Of a stretch of 64,000 bases of DNA, positions 36,509 to 44,931 are shown piece after piece. Made by a program: the position numbers and the translations under genes. The stretch covers positions 12,881-76,880 of the forward strand of contig CAMVJD010000007.1 of assembly GCA_947167715.1 (NCBI GenBank), in the 5' to 3' direction. The first letter of the stretch is position 1. The number at the start of each line of letters is the position of its first letter. The notes beneath the pieces were generated by a model that made no database searches, was not told the DNA's origin, and saw only the letters and a list, made by a program, of their open reading frames with translations. This DNA is from an uncultured Eubacteriaceae bacterium. Its GTDB lineage: Bacteria; Bacillota; Clostridia; Lachnospirales; CAG-274.

Positions 36509-37000
36509 TCACAGCTCCTGAACGCCGCCTATCTTAAGGCCGCCCTTATGCTCGGTAGTTTCCTCGGTGCCTTCCTCAACTGCCGTTTCACCGTTTGTAT
36601 TGATAATAACAGTCTTTGTTTCGGCATCCCAGTCAACATTTGCGCCTATAGCCTCACCGACTGCACGCAGGGGAAGCATAAAACGGCCCTCTATTATCTG
36701 CTGGGGCACCTCGGGAGTGACCTCCTCGCCGTCAACCGTAAAAACAGTACTGCCGCTTTGGATAACAACTGTCTTGTCGCCGGTAAGTGTGGCTGTTTTT
36801 GTTTCGGCATCCCAGTCTACGGTGTAGCCAAGCTCCTCAAAAACGCCGCGAACGGGTACAAGAGTTCTGGAATCCACAATTACAGCCTGTGCATCGATAA
36901 CATTATCATTTACGGATACGCTTACGCCGTCGGCAAAAGCGCTGACAGCCGATACACCTATCAAGGCTGCGGCAACAAGTGCAAATAAACTTTTTTTCAT
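36509..37000 (-). CDS. Secreted copper-amine-oxidase-N-terminal-like (stalk) domain protein
   Basis: Signal peptide present. Motifs [22 protein letters not shown] and MLPLRAVGEAIGANVDWD. Confidence 0.8.
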   Translation of the reverse strand: MKKSLFALVAAALIGVSAVSAFADGVSVSVNDNVIDAQAVIVDSRTLVPVRGVFEELGYTVDWDAETKTATLTGDKTVVIQSGSTVFTVDGEEVTPEVPQQIIEGRFMLPLRAVGEAIGANVDWDAETKTVIINTNGETAVEEGTEETTEHKGGLKIGGVQEL

Positions 37001-37027
37001 TTGTCTTTTTCCTTTCTTTTTGTGATT

Positions 37028-38095
37028 TTATTTTAATGCGTTATTTATTTCACGCATTACAGCGCTCACGCCGTCGGCACCTGCCGAGGCGCGCATGGCG
37101 CTTATATACTTTTCTTTGTTATTATATAACATATCAACTGTGTTGACAAGTAGTTTTCCATTAAGATTTTCCTCATAAATGACCTCGGCAAAGCCCTGCG
37201 CCTTAAACGAATCGGCATTAAGTATCTGGTCGCCGCGGCTGGCCTTTTTGGATAGGGGTATCAAAAGCATGGGCTTATTAAGTGCCAAAAATTCGCTTAT
37301 TGCATTGGCGCCCGCACGCGAAAGCACTATATCCGCCGCCGCAAACAGGTCGCGCAGCTCTTTATTTACATATTCAAACTGCTTGTAGCCCTTTACGCCG
37401 TCAAGCGCGCTGTCAAGGTTTCCCTTGCCGCGTATATGCGCTATGTCAAATTTGGCCGTAAGCTCGGCGATCACCTCTTTTACGGCATTATTTATCACAA
37501 CAGAGCCAAGCGAGCCGCCCATTATCAAAAGCACGGGCTTATCGCCCGAAAAGCCGCAAAACTCACGTCCCTTTTCGGCATCGCCCTTAAAAAGCTCCTC
37601 ACGGATAGGTGTACCCGTATGCACACCCTTACCGCCCTTTACATATTTTACGGCCTCGGGGAAGGTGGTGCAGACCTTTTTTGCAAACGGCATAGCCAGC
37701 TTGTTTGCAAGCCCCGGGGTCATATCCGATTCATGCGCAACAAAGGGTACGCGGTTTAAAAAAGCGCCTATTGCGACCGGAACGGCAACAAACCCGCCCT
37801 TTGAAAAAATAACGTCGGGCTTTTCCTTTGCGATTATCGCCGCAGCCTGAAAAATGCCGGCAATAACGCGAAATATATCGGTCACATTTTTCAAATCAAA
37901 ATATCGCCTTAATTTTCCGCTGCTGACAGCACGATAGTCTATCCCCGCGCCGCCTATCAATTCTTTTTCTATGCCCGTCCTGCTGCCGATATACACTATA
38001 TCAAAGCCCTCGGCGCGCAGCCTTGGCAAAAGCGCAAGGTTTGGAGTAACGTGTCCCGCGGTGCCTCCGCCCGTTAAAATAATTTTTTTAGACAT
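37028..38095 (-). CDS. murG: Undecaprenyldiphospho-muramoylpentapeptide beta-N-acetylglucosaminyltransferase
   Basis: ILTGGGTAGHVTPNLAL, GGSLGS, RAGANAISE. Confidence 0.95.
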   Translation of the reverse strand: MSKKIILTGGGTAGHVTPNLALLPRLRAEGFDIVYIGSRTGIEKELIGGAGIDYRAVSSGKLRRYFDLKNVTDIFRVIAGIFQAAAIIAKEKPDVIFSKGGFVAVPVAIGAFLNRVPFVAHESDMTPGLANKLAMPFAKKVCTTFPEAVKYVKGGKGVHTGTPIREELFKGDAEKGREFCGFSGDKPVLLIMGGSLGSVVINNAVKEVIAELTAKFDIAHIRGKGNLDSALDGVKGYKQFEYVNKELRDLFAAADIVLSRAGANAISEFLALNKPMLLIPLSKKASRGDQILNADSFKAQGFAEVIYEENLNGKLLVNTVDMLYNNKEKYISAMRASAGADGVSAVMREINNALK

Positions 38096-38150
38096 ACTAC
38101 CAAAAACATCCTTTCGTTTTTCGCTTACAGTTTATTTTACATTAATATAT

Positions 38151-38188
38151 CAAAAAAAATGATACGGATAAGAAAATTTATCCGTATC
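38151..38188 (-). terminator. Intrinsic terminator after the DUF1292 gene
   Basis: The minus strand reads GATACGGATAA-ATTTTC-TTATCCGTATC followed by ATTTTTTTT. Confidence 0.8.
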
Positions 38189-38194
38189 AAGCAA

Positions 38195-38533
38195 TTATTC
38201 TTCAAGTTCTTTTTCAAGTTCGTCGTCAAGCTCCTCGTCATCGTAGAAAAGGTCGAAGAAAACATCGCTTACTCTGTCGTACTCCTCGTCGCTTTCTATA
38301 TTTTGAAGCTCAAAGCCCTCCTGCGTATCATCGTTTTCAATATAACGATATACCAAAACATCCTCGTCGTCCTCGGGCAAAAGCGCAATATATTCAACGC
38401 CGTCGGCCTCAAAAACGCCAAGCACATCGCATACAAGCTCGCTGTCGTCGTCAAGCACAAGTGTCATTTTTTCGGGCTCTGCCGTTTCGCAGCCGCAGTC
38501 ACAGCCCGGCTCGTGTAACTTATTTTCATCCAT
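38195..38533 (-). CDS. DUF1292 family protein
   Basis: Small acidic protein with the F(E/A)..G.EY(I/V)ALLP core typical of DUF1292. Confidence 0.75.
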   Translation of the reverse strand: MDENKLHEPGCDCGCETAEPEKMTLVLDDDSELVCDVLGVFEADGVEYIALLPEDDEDVLVYRYIENDDTQEGFELQNIESDEEYDRVSDVFFDLFYDDEELDDELEKELEE

Positions 38534-38547
38534 AATAGTATACCCCC

Positions 38548-39657
38548 TTATTGTTGTACTGTTTCCCCGGAAGCATCCGCATTGGCATCCGAATTTTCCG
38601 CATCTGCGGCACCGCCGTTAAAGTTTATAACAACGCCCTCCCATACGGACGTATTTCTTTTTATCTCGGCGGCATTTACCCAGCTGTCATTTTGCACCCG
38701 GTATATTTCGTCCTTTTTGTCGGCAACATACTGTTCCTCAAAATCCTGCGACACCTCATCCATTTGCTTTTGAAAGGCCTCTTTTGCATAGAAGATATAG
38801 TATGCACCGTCATATTCTATTATATCTGTATATTCGCCTTTGTTAAGGGCATATATTGCGGAGCGCACCGCTTCGTCATACATATCATCGTTAAGTACAA
38901 ACTCGCGTCTGTCCGGATCCTCCGAATAGTCATACTGCACCTGTCCGAACTGCTCGCCCTGCTTTAAAAGCTTAAAGGCCTCGTCTATTCTTTCCTTGCC
39001 CTTTAGATCTATTTCCTTTTTAATTGTGTTTGCATATTCGTCTATTGCGGGCTCCTTGCCCTCGATAGGCGCGGCATCGGGATCCTTTGATACAACTATT
39101 GCCTTTACGGTAACATTTTTATAAAGGCTGATATTTTTATTGTATTCTTCCTTTAAATATTCTTCAAATTCCTGTCTGTTAATTTCGTAGCTGCCCGTAA
39201 CAGCGCCGTAAACATCCTTTTGTACAAGGCCGTCACGGATTATGTTTTTGCACATTTCAAGCGTAACGCCGTCAAGGTCTATACGCTTTAGTGTATCGTT
39301 TGATATCTCGTCATAAAGCGTCTGCGCCTCGCTGTCCACAACAGATTCGTCAACGGCCACCGAAACGCCCAGATTTGGCGCCTCCTGCACCGCAAGCTTG
39401 GCACGCAAAAGAGAATTTGCCGCATTTTGCTTTGCAACATCCTGCGCGGAAACGCCGTCAAAATCAACACCCCAAATGTCGCTGCCGCCCGTTTCCTCAA
39501 AAACCTTTACTTGCTCGTAAAGATAGACCATATACTCGCTTTTATCTATTTTATTACCGTTTACACTTAATATCCAGTTGTTGTTTATCGCGCTGCAGCC
39601 GCATAACAAAGCCAGCGCAGCGACAGCAACCGCAAAAAACGCCGCAAATCTTTTCAT
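38548..39657 (-). CDS. PrsA/SurA-like foldase lipoprotein (parvulin-type domain probable)
   Basis: Lipobox MKRFAAFFAVAVAALALLCGC|S. There is a SurA-N-like helical region and a C-terminal parvulin-like segment (YSEDP...G.YTDIIEYDGAYYIFY). The start was moved to ATG 39657. Confidence 0.6.
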   Translation of the reverse strand: MKRFAAFFAVAVAALALLCGCSAINNNWILSVNGNKIDKSEYMVYLYEQVKVFEETGGSDIWGVDFDGVSAQDVAKQNAANSLLRAKLAVQEAPNLGVSVAVDESVVDSEAQTLYDEISNDTLKRIDLDGVTLEMCKNIIRDGLVQKDVYGAVTGSYEINRQEFEEYLKEEYNKNISLYKNVTVKAIVVSKDPDAAPIEGKEPAIDEYANTIKKEIDLKGKERIDEAFKLLKQGEQFGQVQYDYSEDPDRREFVLNDDMYDEAVRSAIYALNKGEYTDIIEYDGAYYIFYAKEAFQKQMDEVSQDFEEQYVADKKDEIYRVQNDSWVNAAEIKRNTSVWEGVVINFNGGAADAENSDANADASGETVQQ

Positions 39658-39769
39658 ATAATAACACCTTTCAAATTTACCGCTGCCGGTATTTCCTTTG
39701 TATACATTATACACCAACAACAATATAAATAGCAATTAAAAAAGCGTTTTGTAATAAAAGTGTAATTAT

Positions 39770-40279
39770 TCAGTCAAACAATCCAAGCTGTCTGCATTTA
39801 TAAAACCGTCTTGCAACGGGCGGAGTGACCATGCCGTTGTCTATCATCATTTCAAACTCGTCAACGCTTACCCATTTGGCATCGGAGGTCTCGCCCTTTT
39901 GAAGATGAATATCTTTTATATCGATATCACGCACTATTTTATACATATCCACAATGGCGCCCGTCCCGCGGTATTCGCCTATATATTCAAGCTCCTGCGG
40001 CAGGGCCGATATGCCTGTTTCCTCATAAAGCTCGCGCACAGCCGCACTAAGGCTGTCCTCGCCCGCAACAACAGAGCCCGCGGTCATTTCCCACAGGTTT
40101 GGATAGGGCTGTTTATCGGGGCTTCTTAAGGTAACAAGTATCTGCTTTTTGCTGTTTTGCGTCAATACCGATACCGCCAGATGAAATTCCCCCTTGGGGA
40201 TAGGCTTGCCCCTTTTATGAAGTTTATTTAACGGATTTCTGTCCTTGTCGTACAAATCCCATAATTCCACACATATCAC
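39770..40279 (-). CDS. NUDIX hydrolase
   Basis: The Nudix box is GSVVAGEDSLSAAVRELYEETGI. The start is uncertain (GTG 40279 or GTG 40270). Confidence 0.85.
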   Translation of the reverse strand: MICVELWDLYDKDRNPLNKLHKRGKPIPKGEFHLAVSVLTQNSKKQILVTLRSPDKQPYPNLWEMTAGSVVAGEDSLSAAVRELYEETGISALPQELEYIGEYRGTGAIVDMYKIVRDIDIKDIHLQKGETSDAKWVSVDEFEMMIDNGMVTPPVARRFYKCRQLGLFD

Positions 40280-40296
40280 CCTCTGAAAAACAGGCT

Positions 40297-40770
40297 TTAT
40301 TTTTCAAGCATACATACCGCCTTTGACGATATACCCTCTTTTCTGCCCGTAAAGCCAAGCTCCTCTTCCGTCGTCGCCTTAACATTTATGCACTCAACAT
40401 CAACATCCAGCGTTTTTGCGATAATTTTCTCCATTTCGGGGATATACGGCCGCATTTTCGGGCGCTGGGCAACTATTATACTGTCAATATTTATTACCCT
40501 CCAGCCCTTTTTATCCAGCTCGTCCTTGACATATTTTAAAAGCAAAACGCTTGAAATGCCCTTGTATTTCGGGTCGGTATCGGGAAAAAGCTTTCCTATA
40601 TCGCCAAGCTTTGCCGCACCGCAAAGCGCATCCATAATTGCGTGTATAAGAACATCCGCATCCGAATGTCCCAAAAGCCCCATTTCATACGGTATTTTCA
40701 CACCGCCTATTATAAGGTCGCGCCCCTCAACAAGCTTATGTACGTCATACCCCAATCCTACTCTGTACAT
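40297..40770 (-). CDS. ispF: 2-C-methyl-D-erythritol 2,4-cyclodiphosphate synthase
   Basis: [16 protein letters not shown]......[16 protein letters not shown]. Confidence 0.95.
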   Translation of the reverse strand: MYRVGLGYDVHKLVEGRDLIIGGVKIPYEMGLLGHSDADVLIHAIMDALCGAAKLGDIGKLFPDTDPKYKGISSVLLLKYVKDELDKKGWRVINIDSIIVAQRPKMRPYIPEMEKIIAKTLDVDVECINVKATTEEELGFTGRKEGISSKAVCMLEK

Positions 40771-40793
40771 TTTTACCTTCTCCTTAAATAATT

Positions 40794-41219
40794 TTACTGA
40801 ACCTCATGAAGCTGTATCTTTCTGGAAAGCCAGGTCTTTTTCGGGTCGCCCGAGGTACCTAAATTTTCCATTTCTTCCACATTTGGTATTACGCCCTTAT
40901 CGGCCATATCGCCCACAATAGCTACAGCCTCTGCCGCCGAAAGACCTGTTTTTGCATATACCCTATTCATGCTGTGGTCGCCCTTTATGCTCACCTCTAC
41001 CCTGAAGCCGTCCTCCTTGCATATCATCAGCGCATCACAGCCGTCTACGGGCTCGGGCGGCGTAAGTATAACAAACTCGTATATCATATCATCTATTCTT
41101 GAAACATAGCTTTCAATATCCTTTAATTCTATGCCCGAAAACTTGTCAAGATCGGTTTCGGCACGCCAGTTGTCAAAACCCTTGCCTTTTTTTGCTTTTA
41201 AAAAATCAAATAATCCCAT
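40794..41219 (-). CDS. Hypothetical cytoplasmic protein (141 aa)
   Basis: AAGGAG lies 8 nt upstream of the ATG at 41219 ([11 protein letters not shown]...). No motif was recognised. Confidence 0.5.
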   Translation of the reverse strand: MGLFDFLKAKKGKGFDNWRAETDLDKFSGIELKDIESYVSRIDDMIYEFVILTPPEPVDGCDALMICKEDGFRVEVSIKGDHSMNRVYAKTGLSAAEAVAIVGDMADKGVIPNVEEMENLGTSGDPKKTWLSRKIQLHEVQ

Positions 41220-41321
41220 TTTCCGCACTCCTTATTATATTTAAACTTTTTTGATTTTAAGAAAATCAATTTGTTTATTCGCAAAAAGGGGCCATTGAAA
41301 TGCAATAACCCCCGTTGGCTT

Positions 41322-42587
41322 TCAATACTTTTTAATACCAATATCCTTGCGATAATGCGCATCCTTAAAGTCCACCAGCTTAACACCATTATAAGCCGTT
41401 TCGATAGCTTTGTCAAGAGTGTCTCCCCAACCCGTAACACCAAGCACACGGCCGCCGTTGGTGACAAATTTTCCGTCCTTTAACGCTGTGCCCGCGTGGA
41501 AAACATAAATATTTTCCGCCTTTGCAGCCTCGTCAAGGCCGTTTATCTCATAGCCCTTTGTGTAGCTTTCGGGATAGCCGCCGCTTGCAAGGATAACACA
41601 AGCCGCCGCATTATCATACCACTCAATATTTAATTTATCGAGTGTACCGTCAACGCAGGCTTCAAAAATATCCAAAAGGTCGGTTTTAAGGCGCGGAAGC
41701 ACCACCTGTGTCTCGGGGTCGCCGAAACGCGCATTGTATTCGATAACTTTCGGGCCCTTTTGTGTAAGCATAAGGCCGAAGAAAATTATGCCCTTGAATG
41801 TACGACCCTCTTTGTTAAGGCCGTCAACGGTGGGCTTGAATATAGTTTCCATACAAACCTTTGCAATTTCATCCGTATAAACACGGCTAGGCGAGAATGT
41901 ACCCATACCGCCCGTGTTAAGGCCTTGATCGTTGTCATAAGCACGCTTGTGATCCTGCGCGGAGACCATGGGAACGACTGTTTTGCCGTCACAGAACGAA
42001 AGTATCGAAACCTCGGGACCCGTCAAAAATTCTTCAATAACGACCTTATTGCCGCTGTCGCCGAACTTTTTGTCTACCATTATAGTTTTAAGACCCGCTT
42101 CTGCTTCGGCTAAATCGTTGCAGATAAGCACGCCCTTGCCCAGTGCAAGACCGTCCGCCTTTAAAACAACGGGGAAGTCGCCCTTTTTAACATATTCAAG
42201 CGCCGCATCGTAATTATCAAAGGTCTCGTAGCCTGCGGTGGGGATATTGTATTTTTTCATCAATTCCTTGCTGTAGGCCTTGCTGCCCTCAATGATAGCC
42301 GCATTTTTACGCGGACCGAAAACACGCAGACCTGCTGCTTCAAATGCATCCACAACACCCGCAACAAGGGGGTCGTCCATACCTATAACGGTAAGGTCAA
42401 TGCTGTTGGACTTTGCAAAATCCACCAGCTTGTCTATCTCCATTGCGCCGATAGGTACAAGCTCCGCCAACTGTCCAATGCCCGCATTACCGGGTGCGCA
42501 GTAAATTTTTTCTATTTTTTTGTTTTGTAAAAGCTTCCAAATAATGGCATGCTCGCGTCCGCCGCTGCCTACAACTAAAACTTTCAT
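41322..42587 (-). CDS. purD: Phosphoribosylamine--glycine ligase
   Basis: MKVLVVGSGGREHAI, an ATP-grasp core, and GGRVLGVT. Confidence 0.95.
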   Translation of the reverse strand: MKVLVVGSGGREHAIIWKLLQNKKIEKIYCAPGNAGIGQLAELVPIGAMEIDKLVDFAKSNSIDLTVIGMDDPLVAGVVDAFEAAGLRVFGPRKNAAIIEGSKAYSKELMKKYNIPTAGYETFDNYDAALEYVKKGDFPVVLKADGLALGKGVLICNDLAEAEAGLKTIMVDKKFGDSGNKVVIEEFLTGPEVSILSFCDGKTVVPMVSAQDHKRAYDNDQGLNTGGMGTFSPSRVYTDEIAKVCMETIFKPTVDGLNKEGRTFKGIIFFGLMLTQKGPKVIEYNARFGDPETQVVLPRLKTDLLDIFEACVDGTLDKLNIEWYDNAAACVILASGGYPESYTKGYEINGLDEAAKAENIYVFHAGTALKDGKFVTNGGRVLGVTGWGDTLDKAIETAYNGVKLVDFKDAHYRKDIGIKKY

Positions 42588-42661
42588 TGTCTGTTTCCTT
42601 TCCGATACAAGATATTCTATAAATACCGCTCTTGTACCCTTTTTAATTTTTTTGACCTGCC

Positions 42662-43036
42662 CTACATATATTTTTTATGAATAATATATATCGCATATAC
42701 CGTAAACGCCGCAGCCGTAAACACTATCCACAGTATGCCCCTTGTTGTGCCCGCTTTAAGCAGCGTATAAACCAAACAAGCACCACCGGCATCAACAAAC
42801 ACAGTACTTAAGATCGTAATGGTTCTCCATTTTTCTGCTTCCTCTTTACGCTCTGTTTCCCTGCGTATTTCTCTCTCGGCAAGATAATTTTCGTAGATAG
42901 ACATATCATTCAGCGCCTTGGCCTTTTCAAGCATAAGGCGTTCTTCCTCTATCTCTGTCTGCTTTTTAAGCTCGCGCTTAATACCCTCGGTATCGTACCA
43001 TATCCAGTTATTGTTATTGCCGAAATTATCAGACAT
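42662..43036 (-). CDS. Hypothetical protein: charged coiled N-terminal half plus two C-terminal TM helices
   Basis: AAGGAG lies 8 nt upstream of the ATG at 43036. The E/K/R-rich segment is followed by ITILSTVFVDAGGACLVYTLL and ILWIVFTAAAFTVYAIYII. Confidence 0.5.
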   Translation of the reverse strand: MSDNFGNNNNWIWYDTEGIKRELKKQTEIEEERLMLEKAKALNDMSIYENYLAEREIRRETERKEEAEKWRTITILSTVFVDAGGACLVYTLLKAGTTRGILWIVFTAAAFTVYAIYIIHKKYM

Positions 43037-43057
43037 AACACTCACTCCTTGTATATG

Positions 43058-43681
43058 TCAGGCCTTTATATGTACGATATTTCCTTTCACCTCAAGCTTG
43101 CCTTCGGCAAAAAGCCTTATGGCCTCGGGGAAAATTTTCCACTCGGCCTGTTCCATAACACGTTTTTGCAGCACCTCGGGGGTATCGCCCTCTTTTACCT
43201 CAACGGCCTTTTGCAAAATTATAGGGCCGCCGTCTGTTATGGGGCTTACAAAATGCACGGTTGCACCCGTCAGCTTAACCCCTTTTTCCAATACAGCTTC
43301 GTGAACGTGTAGTCCGTAAAAACCGTCGCCGCAAAAGCTGGGGATAAGGGCAGGATGAATATTCATTATTTTATTTTCAAATTCGTTTACAAATGTTTCG
43401 CCAAGTATAGTCATAAAGCCCGCAAGCACCACAAGACCCACACCGCGGGACTTAAAATGCTCCGCAAGGGCGATATCATAAGCCTTTGCATCGGCATAGT
43501 CGCGCTTGCGCATAGTCACAGCCTCGATACCCTTGTTTTTTGCGCGCTCCAACGCATAAGCATTTGGATTGCTGCTTACAACGCTGACTATTTCGGCAGG
43601 TATGCCCTGCGCATCTATCGCATCCATTATTGCCTGTAAATTCGTACCGCCGCCGCTTACAAGCACACCAATTTTAAGCAT
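43058..43681 (-). CDS. purN: Phosphoribosylglycinamide formyltransferase
   Basis: IGVLVSGGGTNLQAI, LAGFM, NIHPALIP. Confidence 0.95.
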   Translation of the reverse strand: MLKIGVLVSGGGTNLQAIMDAIDAQGIPAEIVSVVSSNPNAYALERAKNKGIEAVTMRKRDYADAKAYDIALAEHFKSRGVGLVVLAGFMTILGETFVNEFENKIMNIHPALIPSFCGDGFYGLHVHEAVLEKGVKLTGATVHFVSPITDGGPIILQKAVEVKEGDTPEVLQKRVMEQAEWKIFPEAIRLFAEGKLEVKGNIVHIKA

Positions 43682-43692
43682 AGTACTACCCC

Positions 43693-44718
43693 TTACTTCA
43701 AGTTTATACGGATGCCCTCGCCCGCGGTAACATAGCCAATTTTATAAGCCTTTTCGCCCGCAGCCGCAAGGGTCTCCATAGCCTTGTCCGCATTTTCCTT
43801 TGAAACCGCAATGACCATACCGATACCCATATTAAAGGTATTATACATACTCATTCTTTCTACCTTGCCAAGCTTTTCAAGCAGCCCGAAGATAGGCAGG
43901 ATATCCCAGGTGCCCTCGTCGATATTTACCTTTGTGCCCTTTGGCATCATTCGGGGGATATTTTCGATAAAGCCGCCGCCCGTAACATGGCTTATGCCCT
44001 TTACCTCTACCTTGGAGATAAGGTCAAGCACAGGCTTAACATAAATTTTGGTAGGCGTAAGAAGCGCCTCGCCAAGGGTGCAGCCAAGCTCGTCATAATA
44101 TACGGAAAGATTTTCCTTTGAGGGCTCAAAAATTTTGCGCACAAGTGAGTAGCCGTTTGAATGGATACCGCTTGATGCGATACCGATAAGCACATCACCG
44201 TCACAAATTTTACTGCCGTCAATAGCCTTTGCCTTATCCATAATGCCAACGGTAAAGCCTGCAAGGTCATATTCGTCAACGGGGTAGAAGCCCGGCATTT
44301 CCGCAGTTTCGCCGCCGATAAGCGAGCAGCCCGACTGACGGCAGCCCTCTGCAACGCCGCTTACTATCTCGGCTATCTTTTCGGGCTCGTTTTTGCCGCA
44401 GGCAATATAATCAAGGAAAAACAGAGGCTCTGCGCCGCTGCACACAACATCGTTTACACACATTGCAACCGCATCTATGCCTATTGTGTCGTGCTTATCC
44501 ATTAAAAACGCAATTTTAAGCTTTGTACCGACACCGTCTGTACCGCTTACAAGCACGGGCTCTTGCATATCCTTTGCCTTTGCAATGCTGAAAAGACCGC
44601 CAAAGCCGCCTATACCGCCGATAACCTCGGGTCTGAACGTGCTTTTAACGTGGCCCTTCATAAGCTCGACCGCCTTGTAACCCGCCTCTACATCTACACC
44701 TGCTGATTTATAATCCAT
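43693..44718 (-). CDS. purM: Phosphoribosylformylglycinamidine cyclo-ligase
   Basis: [35 protein letters not shown]. Confidence 0.95.
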   Translation of the reverse strand: MDYKSAGVDVEAGYKAVELMKGHVKSTFRPEVIGGIGGFGGLFSIAKAKDMQEPVLVSGTDGVGTKLKIAFLMDKHDTIGIDAVAMCVNDVVCSGAEPLFFLDYIACGKNEPEKIAEIVSGVAEGCRQSGCSLIGGETAEMPGFYPVDEYDLAGFTVGIMDKAKAIDGSKICDGDVLIGIASSGIHSNGYSLVRKIFEPSKENLSVYYDELGCTLGEALLTPTKIYVKPVLDLISKVEVKGISHVTGGGFIENIPRMMPKGTKVNIDEGTWDILPIFGLLEKLGKVERMSMYNTFNMGIGMVIAVSKENADKAMETLAAAGEKAYKIGYVTAGEGIRINLK

Positions 44719-44867
44719 AGTGAACCTCCTTGACTTTCTTCTATTATAATAGGTAATTTTTCAAGTTTTAATTTCATTATTACATATTGCCTTTATTATA
44801 ACATAAAATAATTTTTTTGTATACATAAAATAGAAATTTTTTCAAGGTTTTTGAATTTTACACAGAA

Positions 44868-44900
44868 AAAGACCCCCGATTTGATCGAGGGCCTTTCCCG
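44868..44900 (-). terminator. Probable intrinsic terminator after the 846-aa surface-protein gene
   Basis: The minus strand reads AGGCCCTCGA-TCAAA-TCGGGGGTCT (two G-U pairs) followed by TTTTT. Confidence 0.55.
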
Positions 44901-44931
44901 TTTTATGATAATTTATAATTGCTTATATTAA

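Noticed and set aside
44719-44931. Possible purine riboswitch upstream of purM
   Set aside because: I looked for the conserved purine-aptamer core (the three-way junction with the U/C-rich loops) and did not see it. The region is simply AT-rich, with the terminator of the upstream gene. A covariance-model scan would be needed to be sure.
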